Below, one piece after another: positions 27,857 to 37,542 of a DNA stretch of 64,000 nucleotides. The stretch is from Desulfosudaceae bacterium. GTDB lineage: Bacteria; Desulfobacterota; Desulfobacteria; Desulfobacterales; Desulfosudaceae. The position numbers and the translations under genes were made by a program. The notes below the pieces were generated by a model that saw nothing but the letters and a program-made list of their open reading frames with translations, did not search any database and had not been told where the DNA came from. Each line of letters starts with the position of its first letter. The first letter of the stretch is position 1. The stretch covers positions 1,888,001 through 1,952,000 of the forward strand of contig CAXXDV010000003.1 in assembly GCA_963674745.2 (NCBI GenBank). The letters are read 5' to 3'.

Positions 27857-28871
27857 TGATGATGCCTCCGCCCAGGACCATATCCTCCTGATAGAACACC
27901 GCGCCCTGCCCCGGCGCGACACCGAATTGAGGCCGGGCAAAAGTTATCCCGGCCTTGTCTTCTGGCAACAGCCTGACCGTGGCAGCAACCGCTTTGTGCT
28001 GATAACGCACTTTTAAGAGGCATGAAAAATCAGCATCCGGAACGGGACTGATCCAGTTGACGTCCCGCACAAGGCATTCGGTGCGCATCAGGTCGCTTCT
28101 GAATCCGACGCAAATCCGGTTGCGTTCGACGTCAATGGCGGCAACGTAATAAGGTTCCGCGGCCGGGCAGTTGATACCGCGACGCTGGCCCACGGTAAAC
28201 AGGTGAACGCCGTTATGTTCGCCGATCACTTTACCGGCCATGTTCTCGATCAGGCCCGGCTGGGGCACCCGACCGGCCTGCCGCGCGATAAACTCGCCGT
28301 AGGTTTCTTGCGGTCGGATAAAACAGACATCCTGACTTTCACCGGCACGTAACGGGGCCAGCCCTTTTTCATGCGCCAGGGCGGTTACCGCGGTTTTGGT
28401 CATGTGACCGACGGGAAAACGGACCCGTTCCAGTTGCTCCCGGCTCAAAAAGGCCAGAAAATAGCTCTGGTCCTTTTTGGGATCCAACCCTTTTAACAGC
28501 CTCATACCCTGAGATGTTTCCTCAACCCGGCAGTAATGACCCGAAGCAACGAATTGAGCGCCCTGTTTTAAGGCATACTCGATTCCGACACGGAATTTAA
28601 TGAAAGGATTGCAGCGAAGGCAGGGATTGGGGGTTTCTCCACGAAAATAAGAACGGGTAAAATAATCCACCACTCCGGATTTGAAATCCTGTTGGCAGTA
28701 GATCACTTCAACCGGCATATCGGCCCGGCTTGAGATGGTCCGCACCTCATCATCCGCCAGATCGTTATAACCGGTCTTCAGATAGATACCGAAAGCCCGT
28801 GGATTCGATTTTTTCAATAAATAAGCGGCCACCAGAGAGTCTACACCGCCGCTGAGCAGGATCGCGGCCAT
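27849..28871 (-). CDS. mnmA: tRNA 2-thiouridylase
   Basis: SGGVDS, TPNPC, KDQSYF, ESQDVCF and PGQ motifs. Confidence 0.95.
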   Translation of the reverse strand: MAAILLSGGVDSLVAAYLLKKSNPRAFGIYLKTGYNDLADDEVRTISSRADMPVEVIYCQQDFKSGVVDYFTRSYFRGETPNPCLRCNPFIKFRVGIEYALKQGAQFVASGHYCRVEETSQGMRLLKGLDPKKDQSYFLAFLSREQLERVRFPVGHMTKTAVTALAHEKGLAPLRAGESQDVCFIRPQETYGEFIARQAGRVPQPGLIENMAGKVIGEHNGVHLFTVGQRRGINCPAAEPYYVAAIDVERNRICVGFRSDLMRTECLVRDVNWISPVPDADFSCLLKVRYQHKAVAATVRLLPEDKAGITFARPQFGVAPGQGAVFYQEDMVLGGGIISG

Positions 28872-29803
28872 CAGAGTTGCCTGTTTCGCCTGTCTAGAAA
28901 TTCCAACTGGCAGGCCACCGCTTCCGCCCGGGGCATAGCCACCCCGGCCCGGGCGGCGGCATTGATTGGTTGCCGGTAAATCTCTTCGATTTCCAGCGGC
29001 CGCCCGGCTTCAAAATCAAGCTTCATGCTGGGGCTGTAGGCCACCATTTGCCGGGTGGCGGCGATCATCGATTCAATGAACCTGTCCTGAAGCGGTTGTC
29101 CGCAGGCGCGAGCACCGGCCGCAACCTCTTCCATGATATTTCGGACCAGTTCCAATGACGACGCATCCGCCATCAACTGGTCCGTGGTGGCGGACAGAAC
29201 AACCGTTACCCCGTTAAAAGCCATATTCCAGACCAGCTTCTGCCACCTGGCCAGGGCCAGGTTTTCCGCCACATCGACTTGAACACCCGCCGAGCGGAAG
29301 GTTTCGGCGACCGCCTCCAGCGCCGGTGTCAGGCCGGACGGAAACCCGTCCTCACGGAATTCACCCAGTCGGATCGACCCGAAATCAAGATGATGAATGT
29401 GTCCCGGCCCTATTTTATTGCTGCACAAAAAACATAATCCGCCGATAACCGTTGCTTCGGGAACAATGCCATGAATGGCTTTTTCGGCTGTAAAGCCATT
29501 TTGGAGGGCCACCACAATGCCTTCCGGTTTGGCCACATGAGGCAGGATATCCGCCAGCCGATCATTGGCGGTTGTTTTCAAGGCGACCAGAACGACATCA
29601 CAACGGGGCATATCTTCTGCCCGGTTATAGGCATTGATTTTTTCCAGCCTGAAATCACCGTCCTTGGAATCGATTGTCAGCCCGTTTTTTCGGACATGTT
29701 CGTAATCACTGCGCAAAAGAAAATGCGTCTCAAAACCATGGCGGCAGAGCAACCCGCCGTAATATCCACCGACGGCGCCGGTGCCGATAACCGCAAACTT
29801 CAT
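28871..29803 (-). CDS. panE: 2-dehydropantoate 2-reductase
   Basis: GTGAVG, LQNG, WQKLVWN and SMKLD..GRPLE motifs. Confidence 0.88.
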   Translation of the reverse strand: MKFAVIGTGAVGGYYGGLLCRHGFETHFLLRSDYEHVRKNGLTIDSKDGDFRLEKINAYNRAEDMPRCDVVLVALKTTANDRLADILPHVAKPEGIVVALQNGFTAEKAIHGIVPEATVIGGLCFLCSNKIGPGHIHHLDFGSIRLGEFREDGFPSGLTPALEAVAETFRSAGVQVDVAENLALARWQKLVWNMAFNGVTVVLSATTDQLMADASSLELVRNIMEEVAAGARACGQPLQDRFIESMIAATRQMVAYSPSMKLDFEAGRPLEIEEIYRQPINAAARAGVAMPRAEAVACQLEFLDRRNRQL

Positions 29804-30462
29804 TATTGCCTCCAGCGGAATTGTAAAAAAGCCTCCGCGTTTTTCTGCATCTGCCTAAAATCATCCTCCGTCAGGCCTGCACCACGAGCGATACGGCAGG
29901 CCGACGTTTTATCCTTTAAATCACCTGGCGCGTGACTATCGGTATTGAGCACCAGGCCGGCCCCGTGTTTTTTTGCCAGAGCGGCAACATGACCGTTGGC
30001 AAAGGCATGCCCCGGCCGGGCGGATATTTCCAACAGCACCTTGTTCTTTACTGCGGCGATCACATCCTCTTCCGTGATCAGCCCGGGATGGGCCAGTACA
30101 TCAACGCCGGCTTCAATAGCCGCCCGATTCGTCCCTTCAGCAACAGGCTCGACCAGGGTCTCACCATGGACAATCACGATAACGGCCCCCAGAGAGCGCG
30201 CTTTGGCGCACATATCGGCGATTAAAACCGGGGGTACGTGGGTGATCTCAATACCGGGAATTATCCTGATCGACATGACACGGTTTAATTCTTCGGCCAC
30301 ATTGACAATCCTGGGAATAATAAAATCAATATTGGATGAATCACCGTGATCGGTCATGCCGATTGCGCTTAAACCGCAATGTTCGGCCCGCCTGGCCAGT
30401 TCGGCCGGGACGAGCACCCCGTCACTAAACAGCGTATGCGTATGAAGGTCTATCATATCCAC
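29803..30462 (-). CDS. PHP-domain phosphoesterase (histidinol-phosphatase-like)
   Basis: DLHTHT..SDG, TDH, AHPG and TDSH motifs. Confidence 0.88.
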   Translation of the reverse strand: MDMIDLHTHTLFSDGVLVPAELARRAEHCGLSAIGMTDHGDSSNIDFIIPRIVNVAEELNRVMSIRIIPGIEITHVPPVLIADMCAKARSLGAVIVIVHGETLVEPVAEGTNRAAIEAGVDVLAHPGLITEEDVIAAVKNKVLLEISARPGHAFANGHVAALAKKHGAGLVLNTDSHAPGDLKDKTSACRIARGAGLTEDDFRQMQKNAEAFLQFRWRQ

Positions 30463-30499
30463 CTGACAATCAATTAAATGTTAACTTCTTACGTTGCCG

Positions 30500-31003
30500 T
30501 TAAACCTTATACTTGCCGAAATCTTCAGGCGACAACTTCTCCAGGTACTCCGCCCATTTTTTCCCTTCTTCACTTTCGTCTTCCATCTCATACGTGCGAT
30601 CACCCTCAGCGGGCTTCAATTCGGAAATCACCTTGTCATCGATATAAATCGGCGCGTTGAAACGAACGGAAAGCGCGATGGCATCACTGGGTCGTGAGTC
30701 CATTGTGAACGTCTGATCACCGGATGCAAAAACAAGCCGCGCGAAAAAGGTGTTATCTTTCAAATCACAGACTTCTATCTTCATCAGGGTAACGTCCATG
30801 TGCATGATAAAATTCTTGAACAAATCATGTGTCATGGGCCGATCAAAATCAATTTTCTGTAAGGCCGATGCGATGGAAGCCGCCTCCAGCAGCCCGATCC
30901 AGATGGGAACCGTCTCATTGGTTTCAATGGTTCTTAAGACCAGAATCGGGGCGTTGGTCTCTTCATCCACCGTTAGGCCGATAATCTTTGCTTTATGCAG
31001 CAT
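30500..31003 (-). CDS. bifunctional nuclease family (DUF151)
   Basis: PIWIG..EA, RPMTHDL and DSRPSDAIAL motifs. Confidence 0.92.
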   Translation of the reverse strand: MLHKAKIIGLTVDEETNAPILVLRTIETNETVPIWIGLLEAASIASALQKIDFDRPMTHDLFKNFIMHMDVTLMKIEVCDLKDNTFFARLVFASGDQTFTMDSRPSDAIALSVRFNAPIYIDDKVISELKPAEGDRTYEMEDESEEGKKWAEYLEKLSPEDFGKYKV

Positions 31004-32405
31004 TAAAACTTCCCCCTGTATTCTTAAACGAATTTTTTTTTTGAACAGCACGGCCTGACAAACTATGAGCGAATCCGCCTTCGATAATGACCTGAACAAA
31101 ATCTCCAGGCATCACAGACAGGCACTTTTCTGACAGTGTAAAGTTCACGACTTTGTTGGTCGTTGTGCGTCCGGTCCATTGTGCCTGTTCGGGTTCAATG
31201 GTGTCTTTTCTCGCGGACGAGCGCCTGCTGGGCCCTTCAACCAGGACCGTTAAGGTCTTGCCGACCAGCGCACGGTTCTTCTTCTGGCTTATATGTTTCT
31301 GGAAATCGAGTAACTGATTCAATCTCCTGTTTTTCTCTTTTTCCGAAATTTTATCAGAAAATTTTATCGCCGGCGCCAGCGGCCGGTCTGAATACATGAA
31401 CCCGAAAATACTGTCATACTCAACCTGTTCCAACAGGCTCATGGTCTCGTCAAAGTCTTCTCCGGTTTCACCCGGAAAGCCGACGATAATATCAGTTGAA
31501 AGCGCTATGTCACCGACTGTCTCCCGCAGTTTTAAAACCCTTTCCAGATACTGTTGCCGGGTGTATTTACGGTTCATGCGTTTAAGGATCCGGCTGGAAC
31601 CGGATTGCACGGGCAGGTGAAAATGATCGCATAATTTATCCAGGGTGACAAACGCCTGTATCAGTTCATCGGAAAAATCCTTGGGGTGGGACGTGACAAA
31701 CCGTATTCTTTCAATTCCATCGACATCATTCACCATGGCCAGCAATTCTGGAAACGTACAAAGCTTCTTCTTGTTCCCATAACTGTTCACATTCTGTCCC
31801 AATAGAACAATCTCTTTCACACCGGATGCGGCCAACTCCCGTACCTCTTCAACAATATAATCCGGGTGCCGACTGATTTCCCGTCCCCGCACATAAGGTA
31901 CCACACAGTAAGTACAATAGTTATCACACCCCCTCATGATGGTAATAAATTCCGAGACATTGTCTGAGTGCCTGCCATGCCGGACGCTGCCGGATCTATC
32001 ATCGATGATGTCCGTCATGGTTGTGTCCACAATCGAATGACCATCTTCTCTGACGTTTTGCAACAAATCGGGAAACCGGGCAACCGCATGGGTTCCAAAC
32101 ACGATATCCACCTGGGGGAACTTATCGATCAGGGTTCGGCCTTCATGTTGGGCGACACAGCCGCCGACAGCAATAATCAGGGACGGATTTTTCCGCTTTT
32201 GTGCCGCCAGGCGCCCCAGAAAGCTCACCGCTTTCTGCCTGGCCTTGGCCCTTATGGTACAGGTGTTGACAATAATCAGGTCGGCCTCCTGATAGGAATT
32301 AACGGGCCTGTAATTCATGCCGATCAACATATCGGACAGCCGGGTAGAATCATAGCTGTTCATCTGGCATCCGATCGTATTAATAAAGAAATTACGTCCC
32401 ATCAT
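30993..32405 (-). CDS. miaB: tRNA i6A37 methylthiotransferase
   Basis: GCQMN, GCDNYCTYCVVP, LLGQNVNSY and C-terminal TRAM. Confidence 0.93.
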   Translation of the reverse strand: MMGRNFFINTIGCQMNSYDSTRLSDMLIGMNYRPVNSYQEADLIIVNTCTIRAKARQKAVSFLGRLAAQKRKNPSLIIAVGGCVAQHEGRTLIDKFPQVDIVFGTHAVARFPDLLQNVREDGHSIVDTTMTDIIDDRSGSVRHGRHSDNVSEFITIMRGCDNYCTYCVVPYVRGREISRHPDYIVEEVRELAASGVKEIVLLGQNVNSYGNKKKLCTFPELLAMVNDVDGIERIRFVTSHPKDFSDELIQAFVTLDKLCDHFHLPVQSGSSRILKRMNRKYTRQQYLERVLKLRETVGDIALSTDIIVGFPGETGEDFDETMSLLEQVEYDSIFGFMYSDRPLAPAIKFSDKISEKEKNRRLNQLLDFQKHISQKKNRALVGKTLTVLVEGPSRRSSARKDTIEPEQAQWTGRTTTNKVVNFTLSEKCLSVMPGDFVQVIIEGGFAHSLSGRAVQKKNSFKNTGGSFNAA

Positions 32406-32688
32406 ACCTGCCCGAATTATTCTCTTGTGTATCAGTATCGTAAATACAGCCGTTTGTATCAGGCGCCGGCGCCGGTTCAATCAACATCTCTTTTTGCAGG
32501 CTGCGGATCAGTCGGGTAATGTCCTGCTCGCAACCCGGCACGACCGAAAGAACAACGTTACCGGTAAGCGCGTCAAGCGTTGTCAGAACCCCCAGGTTGT
32601 CATATCCTTCAAGAATGTACTTAAAAAACGAAATATCCCGCCTGTCAACCCGATAGTATTGTTTAATCGTTTCCACTGATGGCCTCAT
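32392..32688 (-). CDS. DUF4911-like small protein
   Basis: FKYILEGYDNLGVLTTLD pattern; sits upstream of miaB. Confidence 0.7.
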   Translation of the reverse strand: MRPSVETIKQYYRVDRRDISFFKYILEGYDNLGVLTTLDALTGNVVLSVVPGCEQDITRLIRSLQKEMLIEPAPAPDTNGCIYDTDTQENNSGRYDGT

Positions 32689-32694
32689 GGTTAT

Positions 32695-34794
32695 CTACAA
32701 CCTTGTCCGGTTGCTTTTTTTCCCCAGCCACTTTTCAATCTTGGTCAACAGCGTTTTCCCCTGGATAGGTTTTAACAGCAGGTCATCCATACCGATTTGA
32801 ATATATTGAGCTTTTTCATAACTAACGGCGCCGGCCGTAACAGCAACAATACAGACATGCCGGGGGGAATCCCCTGCCCCGGGATTATTCGCGTATTGAT
32901 CCGCCTCCCACTGCCGAATGGCCTTGGCGGCGGCGATACCGTCAAGTTCAGGCATCTGAATATCCATCAAAATCAGGCTGTATTCGTCGGGCCTGGCAAT
33001 ATATTTATCTACGGCAATTCTTCCGTCTTCCACCACATCCACCTTGTAGCCGGCTTTCCTGAGTATGGCGGCAACAAGTTTCTGATTCACAAGGTTATCC
33101 TCTGCCAGAAGGATTGTTCCAACCGATTCAGGCGCTGTAATCAAATCATCGGTCATCGAATGTTTGATGATGGACGTTTTTAAAGTATCCGTTGAATCGC
33201 TTACCCGAATCATATCGCGCAACATCTTGAACAGTTGTTCCCTGTAAACCGGTTTGGAAAGGAATCCGTCAAACCCCGCTTCCTGACATTTGCCGGGATT
33301 GCCCGAAAACGGATCGGACGTGGCGATCATGGGGATATGACCAATCGGTGGCCCGGCTTCACGAACCCGCCTGACGTAAAAGAAGTCACCGGGCATATCG
33401 CTTGCCAGTGTCGCGTCAATGATACATAAGCTGAAAGGCGCTTTTGATTTTTCAGCTTTATCGAGAATTTCCAGCATATTTTCACAACTGTCCCGGAGTT
33501 CAACTTCCATGCCCGCTGATTTCAATAAGTGGAAAAATATCTCCAGGTTGGTCTGGTTGTTATCAGCGATAAATATTTTCCCCTTTGATAAACCCGAAAG
33601 AAAAAACTGTTTCGGGCGCCCGCCATCGACCATTTTCATCCTGGGCGTAAAATAAAACACACTGCCCGCACCAGGCTTGCTTTCCACCCTGATATCGCCA
33701 TCCATCAATTCGGCAATCCGTTTACAAAGAAAAAGGCCGAGCCCGGTGCCGCCATATTTTCTGGAAACAGAGTCATTGGACTGCCGGAAAGGCTCGAAAA
33801 GGCCTTTCATATCGTCGTCAGACAATCCGATCCCGGTATCTTTTACAGAAACAAAAAGCTGTACAGCGTCCGTGTCCTCCGGATTAAAACGAGCGCCGAG
33901 TGACAACACGACTTCGCCGGAACCTGTGAACTTGGCGGCATTGCTCATCAAGTTGAGAAGAACCTGCCGAAAACGATGAGGATCGCCAAATAAATTTGCC
34001 GGTACGTTATCGTCGATGCGGCATACCAACTCAACCGGCTTGCGGTAAAGCCTTGGTCGAATCAGATTGCAGACCTCATAACAAACGGTTTCCGGATCAA
34101 AAACGATGTTTTCCAGCTTCATTTTCCCTGCTTCAATCTTCGAAGAATCAAGCAGGTCATTGAGTAAAGACAGCAGGACCTCCCCGCTCATCTTTATATT
34201 GTCGGCATATCCTTTCTGTTCCGGGTTCAATTCAGTGGTTAAAAGGATATCCGTAAAACCGAGGATACCTGTCAGCGGTGTCCTTATTTCATGACTGATA
34301 TTGGCCAGCAGATCACTTTTTGCCTGAGCTGTCTGACGTACTTCATTCATCATCCGATTGACCTGGTGCACTGTTTCCATCAACCGCTCATTGGTGTTCT
34401 GGAACTCCTTGACCAGCTTTTTCTCTCTTTCAATCCGTTCGATGCGGGCCGCCAGCTCCATCATTTCAAACGGTTTGACCAGGTAATCAGAGGCGCCGGC
34501 ATTGATGATCTCCACATAGGAATGTTCCCCGGAATGGCCGGTCATAATAATAAAGTCCAGATCCGGGGACATCATTTTGGCCTCGTTCATCAGCTCAATG
34601 CCGTCTTTTCCGGGCATAACGACATCGGCCACCACCACATCGATTGCCGAATCCCTGATGATCTTCAGGGCGCTGTCGGCATCACGGGCGGCCTTGCTGT
34701 AATAGCCGCGCTGCAAGAGGAACTGCTCTAATGAATCCAGAAACATCCTGTCATCATCGACGATGAGAACAGTCTTATTGATCTGTTCCGCCAT
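32695..34794 (-). CDS. cytoplasmic hybrid histidine kinase (REC-HisKA-HATPase-REC-REC)
   Basis: N-terminal [30 protein letters not shown]-terminal MDIQMP. Confidence 0.93.
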   Translation of the reverse strand: MAEQINKTVLIVDDDRMFLDSLEQFLLQRGYYSKAARDADSALKIIRDSAIDVVVADVVMPGKDGIELMNEAKMMSPDLDFIIMTGHSGEHSYVEIINAGASDYLVKPFEMMELAARIERIEREKKLVKEFQNTNERLMETVHQVNRMMNEVRQTAQAKSDLLANISHEIRTPLTGILGFTDILLTTELNPEQKGYADNIKMSGEVLLSLLNDLLDSSKIEAGKMKLENIVFDPETVCYEVCNLIRPRLYRKPVELVCRIDDNVPANLFGDPHRFRQVLLNLMSNAAKFTGSGEVVLSLGARFNPEDTDAVQLFVSVKDTGIGLSDDDMKGLFEPFRQSNDSVSRKYGGTGLGLFLCKRIAELMDGDIRVESKPGAGSVFYFTPRMKMVDGGRPKQFFLSGLSKGKIFIADNNQTNLEIFFHLLKSAGMEVELRDSCENMLEILDKAEKSKAPFSLCIIDATLASDMPGDFFYVRRVREAGPPIGHIPMIATSDPFSGNPGKCQEAGFDGFLSKPVYREQLFKMLRDMIRVSDSTDTLKTSIIKHSMTDDLITAPESVGTILLAEDNLVNQKLVAAILRKAGYKVDVVEDGRIAVDKYIARPDEYSLILMDIQMPELDGIAAAKAIRQWEADQYANNPGAGDSPRHVCIVAVTAGAVSYEKAQYIQIGMDDLLLKPIQGKTLLTKIEKWLGKKSNRTRL

Positions 34795-34797
34795 ACC

Positions 34798-35361
34798 CTA
34801 TCCCTTAACGCGTTCCACGTAAGCTTTTGTCCGGGTGTCAACTTTCAACTTATCACCGACTTCGATGAACGGCGGCACCTGAAGAACGCATCCGGTTTCC
34901 AGTGTAACCGGTTTATTACTGCCCGAAGCGGTGTCACCCTTGACCCAGGGGTCCGCCTCGGTGACCGCCAGCTCGATGAAATTCGGCAAGGTAATACCGA
35001 TGGGGGTATTTTCAAAAAAGAGAACGTCACAAACCGTGTTCTCTTTGAGCAGGTCCAGAACATCCGAAATCTGATCGGCCGTAACAAATATCTGTTCATA
35101 GGTTGAAGAATCCATGAAACAGTAACTGTTACTGTCGGCGTAAAGATACTCCATTTTACGTTCTTCCAGATCGGCCTTGTCCACTTTGTCACCGCTCCGG
35201 TAAGTATGGTCAAACTGCGCCCCGGTTTTCATGTTTTTTAGTTTGCACTTGTAGAGGGCCTGACCTTTTCCGGGCTTGACAAACTCAAACCCCACAATCA
35301 CGTGCGGATCACCATCAATAGCGATTTTTAACCCTTTTTTCAATTCTCCGGCTTCGTACAT
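34798..35361 (-). CDS. efp: elongation factor P
   Basis: KPGKG, KGDTASG and VPPFI motifs. Confidence 0.97.
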   Translation of the reverse strand: MYEAGELKKGLKIAIDGDPHVIVGFEFVKPGKGQALYKCKLKNMKTGAQFDHTYRSGDKVDKADLEERKMEYLYADSNSYCFMDSSTYEQIFVTADQISDVLDLLKENTVCDVLFFENTPIGITLPNFIELAVTEADPWVKGDTASGSNKPVTLETGCVLQVPPFIEVGDKLKVDTRTKAYVERVKG

Positions 35362-35394
35362 CCTGTTTTAGCCTCCTTCAATAATTGGTTCCCT

Positions 35395-36174
35395 TCACAT
35401 TAATCCGTCCGCCGCCGCCCGTCGCACCTCGTCGACCAGGCGCTTAACCTTTTCATAATCCTTTTCAAACCGTATAAAACCGCCCCGTCCGTCATCCCGA
35501 TTGGTGCGGCTGCAACTATCCACACCGGCCGGGCGGGTTCGGGCAATTGCCTCATAAACATTTTCCGGTGATATGCCACCTGCCAGTATCACAGGGATAC
35601 GGGTAGACGCAACCAGCGCTGAAACGGCATCCCAGTCACAGGGGATACCGGTGATACCGACGAATCCCGGCACAGGCTGCCGATCCGGACCGGCATCCGC
35701 AGGAGCAGGAAGAACGGTATCCGTCAAAAAATAGTCCGTCATCGGCTCAAACAGGGGGACGATCTCCAAAAGCCCCTCTTTTTCGCCTTCGACCGAAGGA
35801 CTGACGGGAAGACTTCTCATTATTTTTATTTCCGGAAACCGTTCTTTTAATTTCTTCTGTCGCTTCAAAAGTATGTCGATTTCCGACTTTTTTATCGGTA
35901 TCGTAGAAATCGTCTCACAGCAGTGGACAATATGCGGCTGGTAATAATCAAGCGCCCGGGAAATGCTATCCACAGAAGAAAACAGGGGGAGAATGCTGCT
36001 TTTTGAATCACTTTCCGATACAAGACGCACGGTCTCTTTTAATTCCCGGACCTTCCAGTTCTGTTCATCCAGCAACACACTGCCGATATGATCAACCCCC
36101 ATATTGATCATTGGATCCGCCGCTTTGGGTGATTGAATTTCATATATCTGAGTTAAAATGTGATGATCGGTCAT
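35395..36174 (-). CDS. phosphoribosylanthranilate isomerase-like (TrpF family, divergent)
   Basis: GITG...DW, ILAGGISPENV and GVDS motifs; atypical N-terminus. Confidence 0.7.
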   Translation of the reverse strand: MTDHHILTQIYEIQSPKAADPMINMGVDHIGSVLLDEQNWKVRELKETVRLVSESDSKSSILPLFSSVDSISRALDYYQPHIVHCCETISTIPIKKSEIDILLKRQKKLKERFPEIKIMRSLPVSPSVEGEKEGLLEIVPLFEPMTDYFLTDTVLPAPADAGPDRQPVPGFVGITGIPCDWDAVSALVASTRIPVILAGGISPENVYEAIARTRPAGVDSCSRTNRDDGRGGFIRFEKDYEKVKRLVDEVRRAAADGLM

Positions 36175-36265
36175 AACAACCGTCCTTCATCATCGGCTTG
36201 CGGGGGAAGCGGATCAAAAAAGTGCCCCGCCCTGTGATCACAATTAATCCGGATATCGGGATTTC

Positions 36266-36538
36266 TTAACCCGGTTATTTCACGAGTCGAGTTTGCCGCA
36301 GATGCGAGGCGCAGCATGCGAAGCTGTAGTGAACTACTGCGAGTATGCTGCAACAAAGCAGATGCGGTGAAATCGGCTCGCCCAAAGGGTGAAATTTTTT
36401 GATATAAAATTGACCGGATTCCTTCAGATAAAAATTACAGTTTGCATTTTATTAAAACGGATAAAACCCGACATAACATTCTGAGATATAAATATAATAT
36501 ATCCAATATCAAAAAATTTCATGAAATATCCGGGTTAA
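36266..36538. mobile_element. MITE-like element with 20-bp terminal inverted repeats
   Basis: TTAACCCGGTTATTTCACGA / TCATGAAATATCCGGGTTAA (18/20); internal perfect IR 36390-36405 vs 36506-36521; GC-rich hairpin GCAGCAT..ATGCTGC. Confidence 0.75.
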
Positions 36539-36546
36539 CGCTCCTG

Positions 36547-37431
36547 TCAAGACGTCATCCATAAATTAATAAACCCCTGGTTGGAACAGTCCGCATCCAC
36601 TTCATTCACCCATGACCGGAGAACATCAGTTCCGACAGGCCACAGTTGATGGCTGTGATGGTCTATAATACTCATATCCATACCAAAAGATGCCAGAATG
36701 TCCAACAGTTGATGTCCGGAAGCACCGGACATTCTTAAACCAAAAGGCCAGAATTCCACAATCATCTTCAGATGGCTTTTATTGTCCAAAACGATATCTT
36801 CCAAGCCTCTAAGAATGTGGTATTCCGCTCCCTGGGTATCGATCTTGATAAAATCAACCCTGTCGCTCAGGGATTTCAGGCGTCTTCCGTCAATCACCTC
36901 AATGGTCGTTTTTACGCGTTTTTCGCCGCTGCTATACAGACGATGATCGCCCATATTATCCGGTGACTTATATAGATGCCCACATCCCTCGTAATCGGAT
37001 ACGGCCGCCTGGACAGCAATGACATTATCAATCTGATTTAACGACAGGTTCTCGCAAAGCAACTTGAAATTTGCCTCGTCCGGTTCGCAGGCGATGACGA
37101 TACCACCCTCTTTTACAATGGCCGAAGCCAATATCGTATAATAACCGATATTGGCACCAATATCCAGAAAGATATCACCGGCTTTAAGGTAGTTTATCAC
37201 CAGTGATGTCTCGTAGGGTTCCCAGATTTTGCTGGTTTGGATCTGCCTGGAAACACATAAGTCCGACTGCGCATGTGTGCGCATGATTAAACGGCTGTCA
37301 AGGCCGGGTATGTCAAGTCGGCTTTCCAACACGGGCACCTGGTATGTTCGATTTCTTCTTGCGGTATTATTTGATGGCCTAGTAAAAAATAAAATACCGC
37401 GATTGAACTTTTTTACGAAGCCCTCAGACAT
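36547..37431 (-). CDS. FkbM-family SAM-dependent methyltransferase (true start probably downstream)
   Basis: WEPYET, DIGANIGYY and IKIDTQGAE motifs. Confidence 0.88.
   Translation of the reverse strand: MSEGFVKKFNRGILFFTRPSNNTARRNRTYQVPVLESRLDIPGLDSRLIMRTHAQSDLCVSRQIQTSKIWEPYETSLVINYLKAGDIFLDIGANIGYYTILASAIVKEGGIVIACEPDEANFKLLCENLSLNQIDNVIAVQAAVSDYEGCGHLYKSPDNMGDHRLYSSGEKRVKTTIEVIDGRRLKSLSDRVDFIKIDTQGAEYHILRGLEDIVLDNKSHLKMIVEFWPFGLRMSGASGHQLLDILASFGMDMSIIDHHSHQLWPVGTDVLRSWVNEVDADCSNQGFINLWMTS
37372..37426. repeat. short inverted-repeat element (GATGGCyTCGTAAAAA type)
   Basis: tgatggcctagtaaaaaa ... ttttttacgaagccctca; a half-site atggcttcgtaaaaagt also occurs at 16659. Confidence 0.6.
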
Positions 37432-37542
37432 TTCATACTTGCACCAATATCCCGTTTAACCTATATTTACTTTGCTGTTATAGCAAGCAATTACTTTTCA
37501 CCCGGGCGCAAAACGGAACCGACATAAAAAAGGAATAACACA

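Noticed and set aside
26714..27859. 381-aa + strand ORF
   Set aside because: Antisense shadow of mtaB
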